Source: Eledone cirrhosa (Eukaryota). Taken from it: a stretch of DNA of 64,000 nt. Below, piece after piece: positions 1 through 13,020 of this stretch. Below the pieces are notes generated by a model. The model was not told the DNA's origin. It saw only the letters and a program-made list of their open reading frames with translations, and ran no database searches. The DNA is taken from the NCBI GenBank assembly GCA_964016885.1, contig OZ024743.1, positions 314,030,001 through 314,094,000 of the forward strand, read 5' to 3'. The translations under genes were made by a program, and so were the position numbers. Position 1 is the first letter of the stretch; each line of letters starts with the position of its first letter.

Positions 1-252
1 TTGTCTGTAAATTAAAGGTGGAAAACTGGGCGAGGGCACTTGCCCTGGTGGTCAGGGCCACTGTGGTCTTTTAATGGGCTTTCTCCACAAATATCCCTTG
101 GAAGTCTCCCCCCTATTGGGGAATTTTTCTTTGTTATTTTATTTCAACATCTGTTTTTTTACACGCAGAAATGCCCATTTGTACCGTCCTGTATTGTCCT
201 GTACTGTCCTTAATGTCTACTTTATGTGAACCCTTGTGGTTAATAAAGAAAA

Positions 253-305
<53 letters not shown>

Positions 306-1277
306 GAAATATAATATATATAAACTTTAAATATTAAATGTAACAATGAATTTTATATACATTTATAATTAAATGTATGAATTAATAACATTGTATATAA
401 AGGATTAATCTATTTACTCAAGGGATGTATCTAATTTATCATGCAAACAGCTATACTTTATTCCATATATTACCAAATATTGGGTAGACAACAATCTATT
501 GAAACCTTTAATATATTATGAGAGAGTAGTCTGTAATTAAAATTAAATATAAATACATTACTTTTTTATACAAGGGATTAAATTCAGGCACTATATAATG
601 TCTATTAAAGCAAGGAATTTAATTATTATAATGAGCTAGTTACCTCCCCTTACGCATTAGTTCCCCTTAATTCTATATCCACTTCCGGATATTAAACCGT
701 TGAACATTCTCGCAGTAGAATAAGTCTAATCCATAAATATGGATAAAATAACACCAAGTTACAATCCATTACTATAACAAACATGCAATACAGATATAAG
801 TTAAGATATGTCATGGATGTGAAATCTGTAACTTTCATATTCTACACACATACACATTTGAAACTATACAGAAAATATCATCGCATTGCACCCACCATAA
901 TACACTAACATATTCGTTTATAGTGCTTGTATTTCATGTAATACCTTGCCATACTGTACTCATATATGCATGATATATTTGCTTGTTCCATTCCTTTTTA
1001 TATGACTAACGCATGTACTATCTCTTTGAGTTAATTATTAGACTATTCCCTTGTATTATCTGTTGCATGTATTCCCTGCTTTTAATTTTAATTTTAATTA
1101 TTAAATTTTAATTTTAATTATAATCTTAATTTTAATTATTGTACAATTCTCGTATAATATATGTCGTATCCATTCCACCATTTAAACATGAAACTGTTGT
1201 CCACAACATCAATATATATGTATCTGTATGATTCTTCAGTTGAATAGGAGGTTAATTATATGTACAAAGATTAATAA

Positions 1278-1324
1278 TGCTCCGCGGAGATCAAGCTTAA
1301 GTTTGGAAGAAACAATTGTCAGCG
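1278..1324 (+). ncRNA. Hammerhead-like motif, type I, non-canonical core
   Basis: TGCT-CCGCGGA-(GAT CAAGC TTAA GTTTG GAA)-GAAAC-AATT-GTC-AGCG. Stem I TGCT/AGCG, palindromic stem III ACAATTGT, GUC triplet. The core differs from CUGANGA at positions 4 and 6. Confidence 0.55.
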
Positions 1325-1358
1325 ATTAAATGTTTCAAACATAACTTTGATACTTGTG

Positions 1359-1431
<73 letters not shown>

Positions 1432-1461
1432 CCACTCTCTCTCTCTCTATATATATATATC

Positions 1462-1600
1462 GTTTTTGAATTTGTTTAGCAAGATTCTTTATCTGAAAAC
1501 GTGTGTTGAAACCAATATCGTTATACTCTGGGAGGGTCATGTTGCCAATAAGAAACACACGCACCACGTGCTTTCACTTCAATTTATTATAATAAATTTA
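1462..1600. repeat. Short interspersed repeat of unknown class
   Basis: A near-identical sequence (tttgtttagcaagattctttatctgaaa...gggagggtcatgttgccaa) occurs inverted at ~46100-46190, and a diverged relative at ~47080-47210. Confidence 0.6.
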
Positions 1601-1657
1601 TAAATTTAGGAATTTATAAATTTCCGATTGGTTGGTTGGTTCCACAACCAGATGGTT

Positions 1658-1721
<64 letters not shown>

Positions 1722-2238
1722 TAATAAAAACAATGAATACAAACAAAGAAATAGTTCCTTATATTAACAAATTCATCATTTTACGATCGTTTCTAGGATA
1801 TATATGTGTGTGTGTTGGTATGTATATCATATAGATCTATGTAAAAATGTTACAAACTATCAGAAGGAATATACAAACCTACACACATATATGCTGTCTT
1901 CAGAAATAATGGTATTTGTATATTGAAAAACACCAACAAAGATTTAATATAATAGGTCTGTTTGGGAACATGTTTTGAATTGACCAATAGAAGAGTAGTA
2001 AGTGGTCAAACTGATAGAATAGTAGTAGTAAAAATTTAATTTATGCAGACTTCAGTTTTGAATGGAAATAATACTTTGAATGAAAAGATTACTTTGGGGA
2101 TGAAAAGAGGTCAAGCCGGTGAAAGGTACACGAAAAATTGATGTTATTAAAGATTAATGCTAATGTTAAAATCGAAGGAGAATAAAATTTTAGGATAAAT
2201 ATGTTAGTGAGAAATACATATATATAATACAAATATAT

Positions 2239-2309
<71 letters not shown>

Positions 2310-2492
2310 GGTGTTAAAGTTTGCTTGAAGCAATGTGAAATATGTAAAATATGTAGTTTAGAAAGCCACAACAATGCAGATGGGAAATCTCGAGGTAGGA
2401 AGTGAGTGAGAAACAAGAGGAAAGTGAAAATTGGGAGAAGCGAAAAAGGAAAACAAAACAAAGGTAGAAGGGTTACCGTAGTGGAGATTTAA

Positions 2493-2528
2493 TCCCAATA
2501 TTTCGGGCTCACACCCATCAACGGGGGA
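2493..2528 (-). ncRNA. pLTR hammerhead-like motif (core CCGUUGA), copy 1
   Basis: Minus strand TCCC-CCGTTGA-T-GGGT GTGA GCCC-GAAA-TAT-T-GGGA. Confidence 0.6.
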
Positions 2529-2888
2529 AAGGTTACAAAAGGTGGGCGGGGGGAACAGGCTAAGCCGGAGAAAGTTATATTGTCGTTAAAACATAGGAAT
2601 GCCGTTATGGGGAAAATTCAAACGAGGCAAAGAATGCGCGTGCGCGTGATAGGCTGTGGCAAAAGCTACTGACCAATTGGGTTAAATCAATAGGGTGCGC
2701 TAGCGTGTGAAAGCCGTAAAATATGTGTGTGTAAATATATATGTGTGTGTAACTGTGTGTGTATATGTGTATGTGTGTATGTATGTGAGTGTGTGTGTGT
2801 GTGAAAGATAGTGGGCCGTAGAAGCTGGAATTCAAAGGGTGTGAAAGGTGGTAGGTTGTATAAACATGTGTGCGTGTATAAATATAGA

Positions 2889-2920
<32 letters not shown>

Positions 2921-3026
2921 GGTATACATATAAGTGCGTGTGTGTGAAAGATAATAGGCCGTAGGGGTTGTTACTGGTCACTATGTTTAAATTAGCCATG
3001 TCAGCTCATTTCTCTCAGCCCGGTTG

Positions 3027-5609
3027 TTAAAGTGGGGGTTTGAGGTTCTTAATAACACGTGCTTCCTTTATCCTTAAGGATCCGATGCTGCGTTCAGTCG
3101 CTAGGACTGTGACCAAGGGTCTGCCCTGCGGGTTTCCGCATTTAAGGATGTGTTTACGGAAGGAAGATGCGTTGGTGTTGACATGTTCCTTGATACGAAC
3201 ATGTAGGGGTCGGATGGTGCTACCTATGTAAAACTTGTTACATTTATCGCATTGAATCTTATATACGACATAGGTGCGTAGGCAATCTGCCCCCCCGTAT
3301 CGGGCAGTTGCTGAGGGAACACGTCCCATCTGACTCGTCGGGTTTGGGGGAGAGGCATCTTCGGAGCGAAGGTCCTGTGTGGGCCAAATGTATGTCAAGT
3401 CCCTCCCTCCGTATGGCCCTGCGGATGGCGTTCGTGGTATATTCACTCAGGTGGGGGATTTTAAAGAAGCACCTGCTTTTATCTAAGTTTCTAGTGGGTG
3501 TCTGTCTATTGGGTCTGGGGTCTCTAATTCCATTAATCAGTCGCTTGGGATATCCATTAGACTTGAGTAGATTACGGAATTGCGTGGTATGGGTGAGACC
3601 ACCATCGGGTCGCTGCATCTATTAGTGATCCGTGTAAGTTCATTTAGGACATAGCCTCTCTTAGCTTTGTTGGGGAGGGCTGAGTTGTAATGCACAAATA
3701 AGTCCTTGCACGCTGCCTTGCGGTAGAAGGTGGTGTTTATGTCTCCTTCTTCCGAGATGTTGATACGGAAGGCGAGGAGGGCGAGTGACCCGTCTTCTTC
3801 AGGGTGTTCGATGGTGAAATCGACGTGATGGTCAGTGTCGTTAAAGATTTGGTGAATTTCATTCGCCATCTCCCGGGAAGAAGTGAGTATCAGTATGTCA
3901 TCAACGTATCTGGAGTAGAAGGCGACGGCGTTGGGTTGGCAGGTGTTGAGTGCCTTGCGTTGCAGGTGGTCCATGTACGAGATCGCAAGTATGCCGGACA
4001 GACTAGAGCCCATAGGTAGCCCAGAGATCTATTTGTACGTGTGGCCGAGGTAATTGAAGAATGCATTATCCACAACGAAGGAGAGGAGTTGGTGGATGTC
4101 CGTGTGTGTGAGTCCGAAGCAGTGTAAGTTAGATGCTCGAACTCGTTCCGTCAACAGGTCGACGGCTGGGGATGCTGGTACGGAGGTATAAAGGGCGACC
4201 ACATCAAGACTGAAGGCATATCCGTTGTCCTTTCTGGTGTTGGGCGCCAGATGGTGTAGTTGCTCCAAGACTTCGTCTGAGCTGCAGACGTGGTGTAGAA
4301 TGGGTTTCAGTAGTGTGGAGAGCAGCCACGATATTTTGTAAAGTGGGCCCTCCACGCTAGAGACAATGGGCCTGATTTTCAAATCGGGTCCTTGTTTATG
4401 GGTTTTCACCAGGTGGTAGAAGGTGGGTAGTTTGCTGTTTCAAGTCATTATGTTATTTTTTACCTTCTTTGGCAGTTGTCGTTGGACACAGATGTTAGTC
4501 CATATGGTGTTAATGCCTTACTCGATTAGAGTCGAGGAGGTCCCTGTGACTTTCGAGTAGAGGCTGTCGTCATTAAGATGTTGGAGAGCTAAGTTGTTGT
4601 AGGTCTCTCTCGAGATGACACAGAATTCTTTCCCCTTGTCAGAGGGAAGGTAAACAAGGTTCCTGGATCTTAGGTTGGTGAGAGTATTAAATTGTGCATT
4701 GGTGAGGTTGCGTTTATTGTGTGTGTGTTGGGAAAGGATGCTAGAGATAGAATATTTCAACCTGAGTAGTTTAGTGTCAAGTTCGTGGTTGGTGGGTGGG
4801 GGTTGGAGTGGGTTGTCGAGGTGGTACGTGGGGAGTGTGGGGTGGGTTGTGGGGTTGTAATCGATCTCGGTGTTGTTTTGGATGGCGGTTAGCCATTTCA
4901 GTTGATACGCTGTCCGACAGAAGTTGGTTTCGATGTCGAGTTTCAGTCTATCATCGAGACGCTGTGTAATGATGAACTTGGGTCCGAGGCGCAGGAGTTC
5001 GAGTTCGTCGTTGGTGAGGGTACCGGTTAGGTCGGTAACGAGGTGTGAAGCATCGTTGGTAGGTAGATCGCTGTTGGGGGGTGTAGCGGAGGGTGTTGTA
5101 TCGCTGTTGACCCTGGTGTGGTCGTAGTGGGTCCGTCTGTGGGAGCGGATGTTGTCATTGTAGTATTTGTTTACAGTACATTCGTATTTCCGTATAAGGC
5201 GCTGTTTATCGTATTTGACTCTGGTGTGGTAACACTGATCGATAGCTTCACGTATTTTCTGGACCTGGTGGTCAGGGCTGAGGGATGGAGCTATACGATC
5301 TATGTGCTCGGAGAGTGTTTGTATATGGAGTCGCAGTTGATGGTGGTTATGTCGTAGTATTTTCTTGATAAACGTGCGTTGAATGTGGCGGATGGTGTTT
5401 TCGAAGGATGGTAATCGTAAACATTCGGGTAAATGTATATTCCTGATGGTGGTTGGAATGATGTTGTTCTTTAGGCAGCGTTTTAAGAAGGTAATTTGGC
5501 AACCGAGTTTGGCACGATTCTCCGATAGTCTGAATAGGTCCCTTATGGGAGCAAACAAGTCCTGGCTCAGGTGTAATGATAAGAGGGTGTAAAAGTTTGC
5601 TTGAAGCAT
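3027..5609 (-). pseudogene. PLE ORF (RT plus GIY-YIG endonuclease), near full length, broken by stops and frameshifts
   Basis: ORF pieces 4518-5609, 4029-4409, 3537-4013, 3259-3618 and 3027-3446 join into one PLE protein (LPSDKG, KIRPIVS, FSLDVVALYTSVP, YVDD, YIGST). Confidence 0.93.
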
Positions 5610-5768
5610 TGTGAAATATGTAAAATATGTAGTTTAGAAAGCCACAACAATGCAGATGGGAAATCTCGAGGTATGAAGTGAGTGAGAAATAGGAGAAAAG
5701 TGAAAATTGGGAGAAACGAAAAAGGAAAACAAAACAAAGGTAGAAGGGTTACCGTAGTGGAGATTTAA

Positions 5769-5804
5769 TCCCAATATTTCGGGCTCACGCCCTTCAACGG
5801 GGGA
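5769..5804 (-). ncRNA. pLTR hammerhead-like motif (core CCGUUGA), copy 2
   Basis: Minus strand TCCC-CCGTTGA-A-GGGC GTGA GCCC-GAAA-TAT-T-GGGA, about 160 nt upstream of the ORF ATG at 5609. Confidence 0.6.
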
Positions 5805-6147
5805 AAGGTTCCAAAAGCAGGGGGAACAGGCTAAGCCGGAGAAAGTTATATTGTCGTTAAAACATAGGAATGCCGTTATGGGGAAAATTCAAACGAGGCA
5901 AAGAATGCGCGTGCGCGTGATAGGCTGTGGCAAAAGCTACTGACCAATTGGGTTAAATCAATAGGGTGCGCTAGCGTGTGAAAGCCGTAAAATATGTGTG
6001 TGTAAATATATATGTGTGTGTAACTGTGTGTGTATATGTGTATGTGTGTATGTATGTGAGTGTGTGTGTGTGAAATATAGTGGGCCGTAGAAGCTGGAAT
6101 TCAAAGGTGGTAGGTTGTATAAACATGTGTGCGTGTATAAATATAGA

Positions 6148-6178
<31 letters not shown>

Positions 6179-6287
6179 ATGGGTATACATATAAGTGCGT
6201 GTGTGTGAAAGATAATAGGCCGTAGGGGCTGTTACTGGTCACTATGGTTAAATTAGCCATGTCAGCTCATTTCTCTCAGCCCGGTTG

Positions 6288-7508
6288 TTAAAGTGGGGGT
6301 CTGAGGTTCTTAATAACAAGTGCTTCCTTTATCCTTAAGGATCCGATGCTGCGTTCAGTCGCTAGGACTGTGACCAAGGGTCTGCCCTGTGGGTTTCCGC
6401 ATTTAAGGATGTGTTTACGGAAGGAAGATGCGTTGGTGTTGACATGTTCCTTGATACGAACATGTAGGGGTCGGATGGTGCTACCTATGTAAAACTTGTT
6501 ACATTTATCGCATTGAATCTTATATACGACATAGGTGCGTAGGCAATCTGCCCCCCGTATCGGGCAGTTGCTGAGGGAACACGTCCCATCTGACTCGTCG
6601 GGTTTGGTGGAGAGGCATCTTCGGAGCGAATGTCCTGTGTGGGCCAAATGTATGTCAAGTCCCTCCCTCCGTATGGCCCTGCGGATGCCGTTCGTTGTAT
6701 ATTCACTCAGGTGGGGGATTTTAAAGAAGCACCTGCCTTTATCTAAGTTTCTAGTGGGTGTCTGTCTATTGGGTCTGGGGTCTCTAATTCCATTAATCAG
6801 TCGCTTGGGATATCCATTAGACTTGAGTAGATTACGGAATTGCGTGGTATGGGTGTGACCACCCATCGGGTCGCTGCATCTATTAGTGATCCGTGTAAGT
6901 TCATTTAGGACATAGCCTCTCTTAGCGGTGTTGGGGAGGGCTGAGTTGTAATGCACAAATAAGTCCTTGCACGCTGCCTTGCGGTAGAAGGTGGTGTTTA
7001 TGTCTCCTTCTTCCGAGATGTTGATACAGAAGGCGAGGAGGGCGAGTGACCCGTCTTCTTCAGGGTGTTCGATGGTGAAATCGACGTGATGGTCAGTGTC
7101 GTTAAAGATTTGGTGAATTTCATTCGCCATCTCCCGGGAAGAAGTGAGTATCAGTATGTCATCAACGTATCTGGAGTAGAAGGCGACGGCGTTGGGTTGG
7201 CAGGTGTTGAGTGCCTTGCGTTGCAGGTGGTCCATGTACGAGATCGCAAGTATGCCGGACAGACTAGAGCCCATAGGTAGCCCAGAGATCTGTTTGTACG
7301 TGTGGCCGAGGAAATTGAAGAATGCATTATCCACAACGAAGGAGAGGAGTTGGTGGATGTCCGTGTGTGTGATTCCGAAGCAGTGTAAGTTAGATGCTCG
7401 GACTCGTTCCGTCAACAGGTCGACGGCTGGGGATGCTGGTACGGAGGTATAAAGGGCGACCACATCAAGACTGAAGGCATATCCGTTGTCCTTTCTGGTG
7501 TTGGGCGC
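6288..7508 (-). pseudogene. PLE copy B, 5'-truncated, with RT C-half and GIY-YIG in one open frame
   Basis: The 391-aa ORF 6288-7463 is nearly identical to the C-terminal part of copy A. Confidence 0.93.
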
Positions 7509-8442
7509 CCTTTATACCTCCGTACCAGCATCCCTAGCCGTTGACCGAACGAGTCCGAGCATCTAACTTACACTGCTTCGGACTCACACACACGGACATC
7601 CACCAACTCCTCTCCTTCGTTGTGGATAATGCATTCTTCAATTTCCTTGGCCACACGTACAAACAGATCTCTGGGCTACCTATGGGCTATAGTCTGTCCG
7701 GCATACTTGCGATCTCGTACATGGACCACCAGCGTGCAAGGACTTATTTGTGCATTACAACTCAGCCCTCCCCAACAACGCTAAGAGAGGCTATGTCCTA
7801 AATGAACTTACACGGATCACTAATAGATGCAGCGACCCGATGGGTGGTCTCACCCATACCACGCAATTCCGTAATCTACTCAAGTCTAATGGATATCCCA
7901 AGCGACTGATTAATGGAATTAGAGACCCCAGACCCAATAGACAGACACCCACTAGGAACTTAGATAAAAGCAGGTGCTTCTTTAAAATCCCCCACCTGAG
8001 TGAATATACCATGAACGCCATCCGCAGGGCCATACGGAGGGAGGGACTTGACATACATTTGGCCCACACAGGACCTTCACTCCGAAGATGCCTCTCCACC
8101 AAACCCGACGAGTCAGATGGGACGTGTTCCCTCAGCAACTGCCCGATACGGGGGGCAGATTGCCTACGCACCTATGTCGTATATAAGATTCAATGCGATA
8201 AATGTAACAAGTTTTACATAGGTAGCACCATGCGACCCCTACATGTTCGTATCAAGGAACATGTCAACACCAACGCATCTTCCTTCCGTAAACACATCCT
8301 TAAATGCGGAAGTCCACAGGGCAGACCCTTGGTCACAGTCCTAGTGACTGAACGCAGCATCGGATCCTTAAGGATAAAGGAAGCACTTGTTATTAAGAAC
8401 CTTAGACCCCACTTAACAACCGGGCTGAGAGAAATGAGCTGA
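7507..8442 (+). pseudogene. PLE copy C, inverted, with an internal deletion removing the YVDD region
   Basis: ORFs 7541-7801 and 7750-8442. At ~7731 the sequence jumps from MDH to (A)CKDLF. Confidence 0.92.
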
Positions 8443-8895
8443 CATGGCTAATTTAACCATAGTGACCAGTAACAGCCCCTACGGCCTATTATCTTTCACA
8501 CACTCACACTTATATGTATACCCATACACATACACACACACATCTATATTTATACACGCACACATGTTTATACAACCTACCACCTTTCACACCCTTTGAA
8601 TTCCAGCTTCTACGGCCCACTATCTTTCACACACACACACTCACATACATAGTCACATACACATATACACACACAGTTACACACATATATATTTACACAC
8701 ACATATTTTACGGCTTTCACACGCAAGCGCACCCTATTGATTTAACCCAATTTGTCAGTAGCTTTTTCCACAGCCTATCATGCGCACGCGCATTCTTTCC
8801 CTCGTTTAAATTTTCCCCATAACGGCATTCCTATGTTTTAACGACAATATAACTTTCTCCGGCTTAGCCCCCCCCCCCCCCCCTTTTGGAACCTT

Positions 8896-8931
8896 TCCTC
8901 CGTTGAAGGGCGTGAGCCCGAAATATTGGGA
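8896..8931 (+). ncRNA. pLTR hammerhead-like motif (core CCGUUGA), copy 3
   Basis: TCCT-CCGTTGA-A-GGGC GTGA GCCC-GAAA-TAT-T-GGGA. Confidence 0.6.
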
Positions 8932-9070
8932 TTAAATCTCCACTACGGTAACCCTTCTACCTTTGTTTTGTTTTCCTTTTCGTTTCTCCCAATTTTCACT
9001 TTTCTCTTATTTCTTACTCACTTCATACTTCGAGATTTCCCATCTGCATTGTTGTGGCTTTCTAAACTAC

Positions 9071-9179
<109 letters not shown>

Positions 9180-10384
9180 GTGTATGTATGTATATATATA
9201 TTTATGTATATATATAAATATATGTATACATGTAGGCACCACACAGTGCCGTTCTGTTTGCGGGTTGGTTCAGCTCTCAATGCCAAAGTTTAAACACCTA
9301 GTCGCAGAAAAGCTGATAACCACAAACACTGCCACATTAGCATACACACATGGAGACATAAAAACACACACAGCCCTATATATTTACTGTGAGAGATGCC
9401 TAAAAACACAACAACAGACACATAAGCAAACCTATAGAGACAGGTAATTGCACAGACACTCACACACATAAAGAGACACAGTCACACACACATCTATATA
9501 TGTTCACATAAACATACACAATTATGCATATACGACTCATCAGAACATATTGGCAAACATAATTTTAGACACATAAGCATACACACGTATACGGATACAA
9601 TATTCCAGGCTCCCACACACAATTATAAATTCATATCCTTATTAAACTGGTAAAATCAATGATGGTTTCTATTTGTAAACATAATATAACGTTAAAAATA
9701 TTGAAGAAAACAAGAAAAATCGAAGATATATCAATAATTGAATCAAAGGATAGAAAGATAAGAATTTAGTTAATGAATATCTCAAATATGTATATAAACA
9801 AATAAACTGTTTCCAAAAACATACGATGGAATATGAGAGAGCAGATTAATTTAACTGGGTTTACGTAAAACCTCTTTACATAGAATATAGCTAACGGAAA
9901 CTACTTAAGTAAATATATTCAACAATATTATAATGAAGATAATGTAACATTTATGGTCTATTGCTTTTTTTCTTTTCTGGGCTTCAGTCAATCGACTGTG
10001 CACATGCTGGGGTACCGTCTTAAAGGGATTATAGTCAACCATTTCAACTTCAAGTAATTATTTTTCAAGTCTAGTACATATTTATCATCACCTTATGTTG
10101 AAACGATAAGATGCAGTTCGCAATCAAACAGAAAACACAAACACTGACACCAATACACACGCATGAGTCAGAATAATCGTTTGCATTTTGATATTACTGA
10201 TTTTTTTTTTATCTTACAGAACATGAATGGAGATAGCCAGTGAGCAGATTTCAATGGTCAAGCACTATGATGACGTCACGAACTATCAACCAATCTAAGT
10301 GCCGCGCAAACAGGATGATGGCAGATGATAAAAATTCGAAGGGTCGGGGACCAGCAGAAAGAATTTGTTTCGAAATCACTAGAC

Positions 10385-10471
10385 TATCTGAGGAACTTGC
10401 GAATCCAGAGTCAGGTTAGATCCACAAACAGATCGCACCTCGAGCTGTTCGTCGGAGAAACAATTGTAGTA
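10385..10471 (+). ncRNA. Hammerhead ribozyme, type I, extended stem-loop II
   Basis: TAT-CTGAGGA-ACTTGCGAA...TTCGTCGGA-GAAAC-AATT-GTA-GTA. Canonical core, palindromic stem III, GUA triplet, short stem I. Confidence 0.55.
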
Positions 10472-10593
10472 TATAAAAAATTGTCTTCCGATGCATCACT
10501 GATTCTTCGTTTTCCATATTATCATACTCTGCTCTGAAGGAGCATTGAGTGCTCAACCGGCATACCACCTATGGACGCATTCTAGCAACCATA

Positions 10594-10685
<92 letters not shown>

Positions 10686-10733
10686 ATGAAATGACAGGAG
10701 GCTGGATTTGTGTAAATCGTTGAAAGGTTTATT

Positions 10734-10791
10734 ATACTATGATCATTTCAATGACCGGGTTCCGTATGAATCCGGTGATATCATCAGGTAT
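10734..10791 (-). ncRNA. Hammerhead ribozyme, type I, canonical core
   Basis: Minus strand ATAC-CTGATGA-T-ATCACCGGATTC ATACG GAACCCGGTCAT-T-GAAA-TGATCA-TA-GTAT, followed directly by AATAAA. Confidence 0.8.
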
Positions 10792-12260
10792 TCGAAATAT
10801 AATACGTGAATGTAATAGATAAAATCCATGGGGCTGAAAATCGAGGACCCGAGGGCGACCGCTATTCTGTTCCTTCAACTTCAGCCGGTCGCCCTGGAGT
10901 GACGTGGCTAAAGTTTATAGTATGCTACTACCGGTCAGATAAACGAGAACAGAAAGGGATGGGAACATAAGTTAACGTCGATCTCATGACACAAGGTAAA
11001 AGAAAGAAAGAAAGAAAGAAAGGAAGGAGAGAGAAGAAGGGGGAAGAAAGAAGAAGAGAAGCCAGGTTTAATGTCAGCTAAAAGAAGAAAGGCAACTACT
11101 ACCGGTCAGATATAAGCAAGCAAGAGGGGGAAGGATTATAAGTCTGCAGGAGGAAGACAGGAAGTGGGGAGAAGAGAAGGAAGAGAGAAGTAGAAAAGTA
11201 AGGGTTGATGACTACAAGAAGGAAGATAGAAAGAAAGAGGAAGAGAGGTCGATATTAATGTCAGACCACAGTCAGGCCAGGAGTGGCGCGAGAAAATGTT
11301 CACAGGGACCCGCATCTTAGCAGAGGTGAATATATCGGGAGTCAGTGTGTTACAGTGTTTAGACTTCTAGGATGAAGTTAAACAAATTAATAATCAATAT
11401 TCAATATTAAAGAGGTTAGAGAATTTAAAGTTCAACAGTTTAACATTTTATTATATAATAGTTCCGATTTGTTCTGTAATTTAAAGGTAGTATGTGGTGG
11501 TTAAAACACCGGCCGCGCCCCGGGCCCCATGGCGAACTAAGCCACGCCGAGTATTTTCATTTACCGAAAGAAGGGGAAATTTATTTTTCCAAGCACTCCA
11601 GGTGAGCTCGTTTGCCAGGGAGCTGGTCGCGTCGCCGCTAAAACCCACCCAACGGTCCGACAGAAAGTTGGAACTTTAGAATTTTGCTTAACTCTATCGG
11701 ATGAAGTTGAAAGAATTCAGAATAACATTATAAAACTAAGGAGTAAGAAGATTGAGAATTGAACAAACAGAAAATTGAAGATTAAACATTCAAATAACTT
11801 CTATGAGGTTTTGGGTTGCGGGGTTTAATTAAATAGAGTCTTTTATGAAGAAACATTAATTGTATTACGTAGATCTGTAATTTATCCTAGTGGGATGTAG
11901 AGTACGGGATATAGTCGTGTAATGTTTAATTTTTGTTCTCAGGAGGAGACATTCTAGTGTCGTGTGTTAATGGGTACAGGTCCCAATGTGAGGAGTAGAA
12001 ATACATGGATACATAGAAGTGGAATACGTGGAAGAGCCCATTGGTACAGCAGAGGTATAAATATATAAACATATCAATATATAGGTATAAACATGTAAAT
12101 AAACCAACAAGAGTGGTGTTGGAGTAAGATGGAGATATCAAGACATAGGAGAATTACAATATAGTTCAGGTTGCAGTATTTATGTTCCGGGGGGGGGGGG
12201 GGGGGCAATCCTCTGTCGTGTGCTAAGGGTGCACGCGAGTAAAAGTCCGAATAAGGGAAG

Positions 12261-12316
<56 letters not shown>

Positions 12317-12539
12317 GTATGTATGCATATAAGTATGTACTTATGGATACAACGAATGTCGTATGAGAAAATATTAAAATCAAAGGATGAAACTGGTGAT
12401 AATAATGGCGGTGATGATGATGGAAATGGTGATTAAAACAGAGTTGATGACAATGAAGATGATGATAGTGGTGATGACAATGACGATAATGATGAGGAGG
12501 ACAATGGTAATGATAATCATATTAAATTTTCACAATGAC

Positions 12540-12745
12540 GGTCGGGTGGTGAAGTGGTAGCATCGGTAAAGTGTCGGACAGAATGCTTTGCTGTATCTAG
12601 TTATGTTCCGAGTTCATCTCAAGTAAAGGATGAAATTTTCCTCTCATCATTCGAAGGTCGATGAAATAAATTGACAGTGGTCAATATAATCACCTTCCCC
12701 TACTCCCAAACTGCTGGTCTTGTACCAATGTTGGAAATAATTATT
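12540..12745 (+). mobile_element. tRNA-derived SINE with Nin-type central domain (diverged)
   Basis: A/B-box-like head, ctcatcattcgaaggtcgatgaaataaa core, gctggtcttgtacc end and (TTA)n tail. Homologous to the other copies in the window. Confidence 0.7.
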
Positions 12746-12867
12746 ATAACGACCGTATTGATGATTATGAATTTCATTGTAATCATGGTGGTGACAATGT
12801 TTTTTTTTGTTTATGTACAAGGCCAACAGCTTTTTGGAAGGAGGAGAAAGACGATTAAATCTACCCC

Positions 12868-13020
12868 TGTACATTGCTGGTCCTTTATTTTATCGACCCC
12901 GCAATAATGAAAGGCAAAGCTACTTTCGGTCGGATCTGAAGGTAGAACGTAAAGAACCGTAACCCTATACCATAAAGTATGTTGTCCGGTACTCGACCGA
13001 AAGAGCCAATCGACCGCCCT
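12868..13020 (-). mobile_element. tRNA-derived SINE fragment
   Basis: Reverse complement of the core gcctttcat...ggggtcgataaaataaag. Confidence 0.7.

Noticed and set aside
380-1270. Possible very old AT-rich PLE endonuclease relic (NIG*T resembling YIGQT) upstream of the 1278 motif
   Set aside because: Too degenerate to support by eye.
1489-1524. TAT-CTGAAAA...GAAAC...GTT-ATA as a hammerhead
   Set aside because: There is no stem II pairing, and the second copy reads CTGAAAT.
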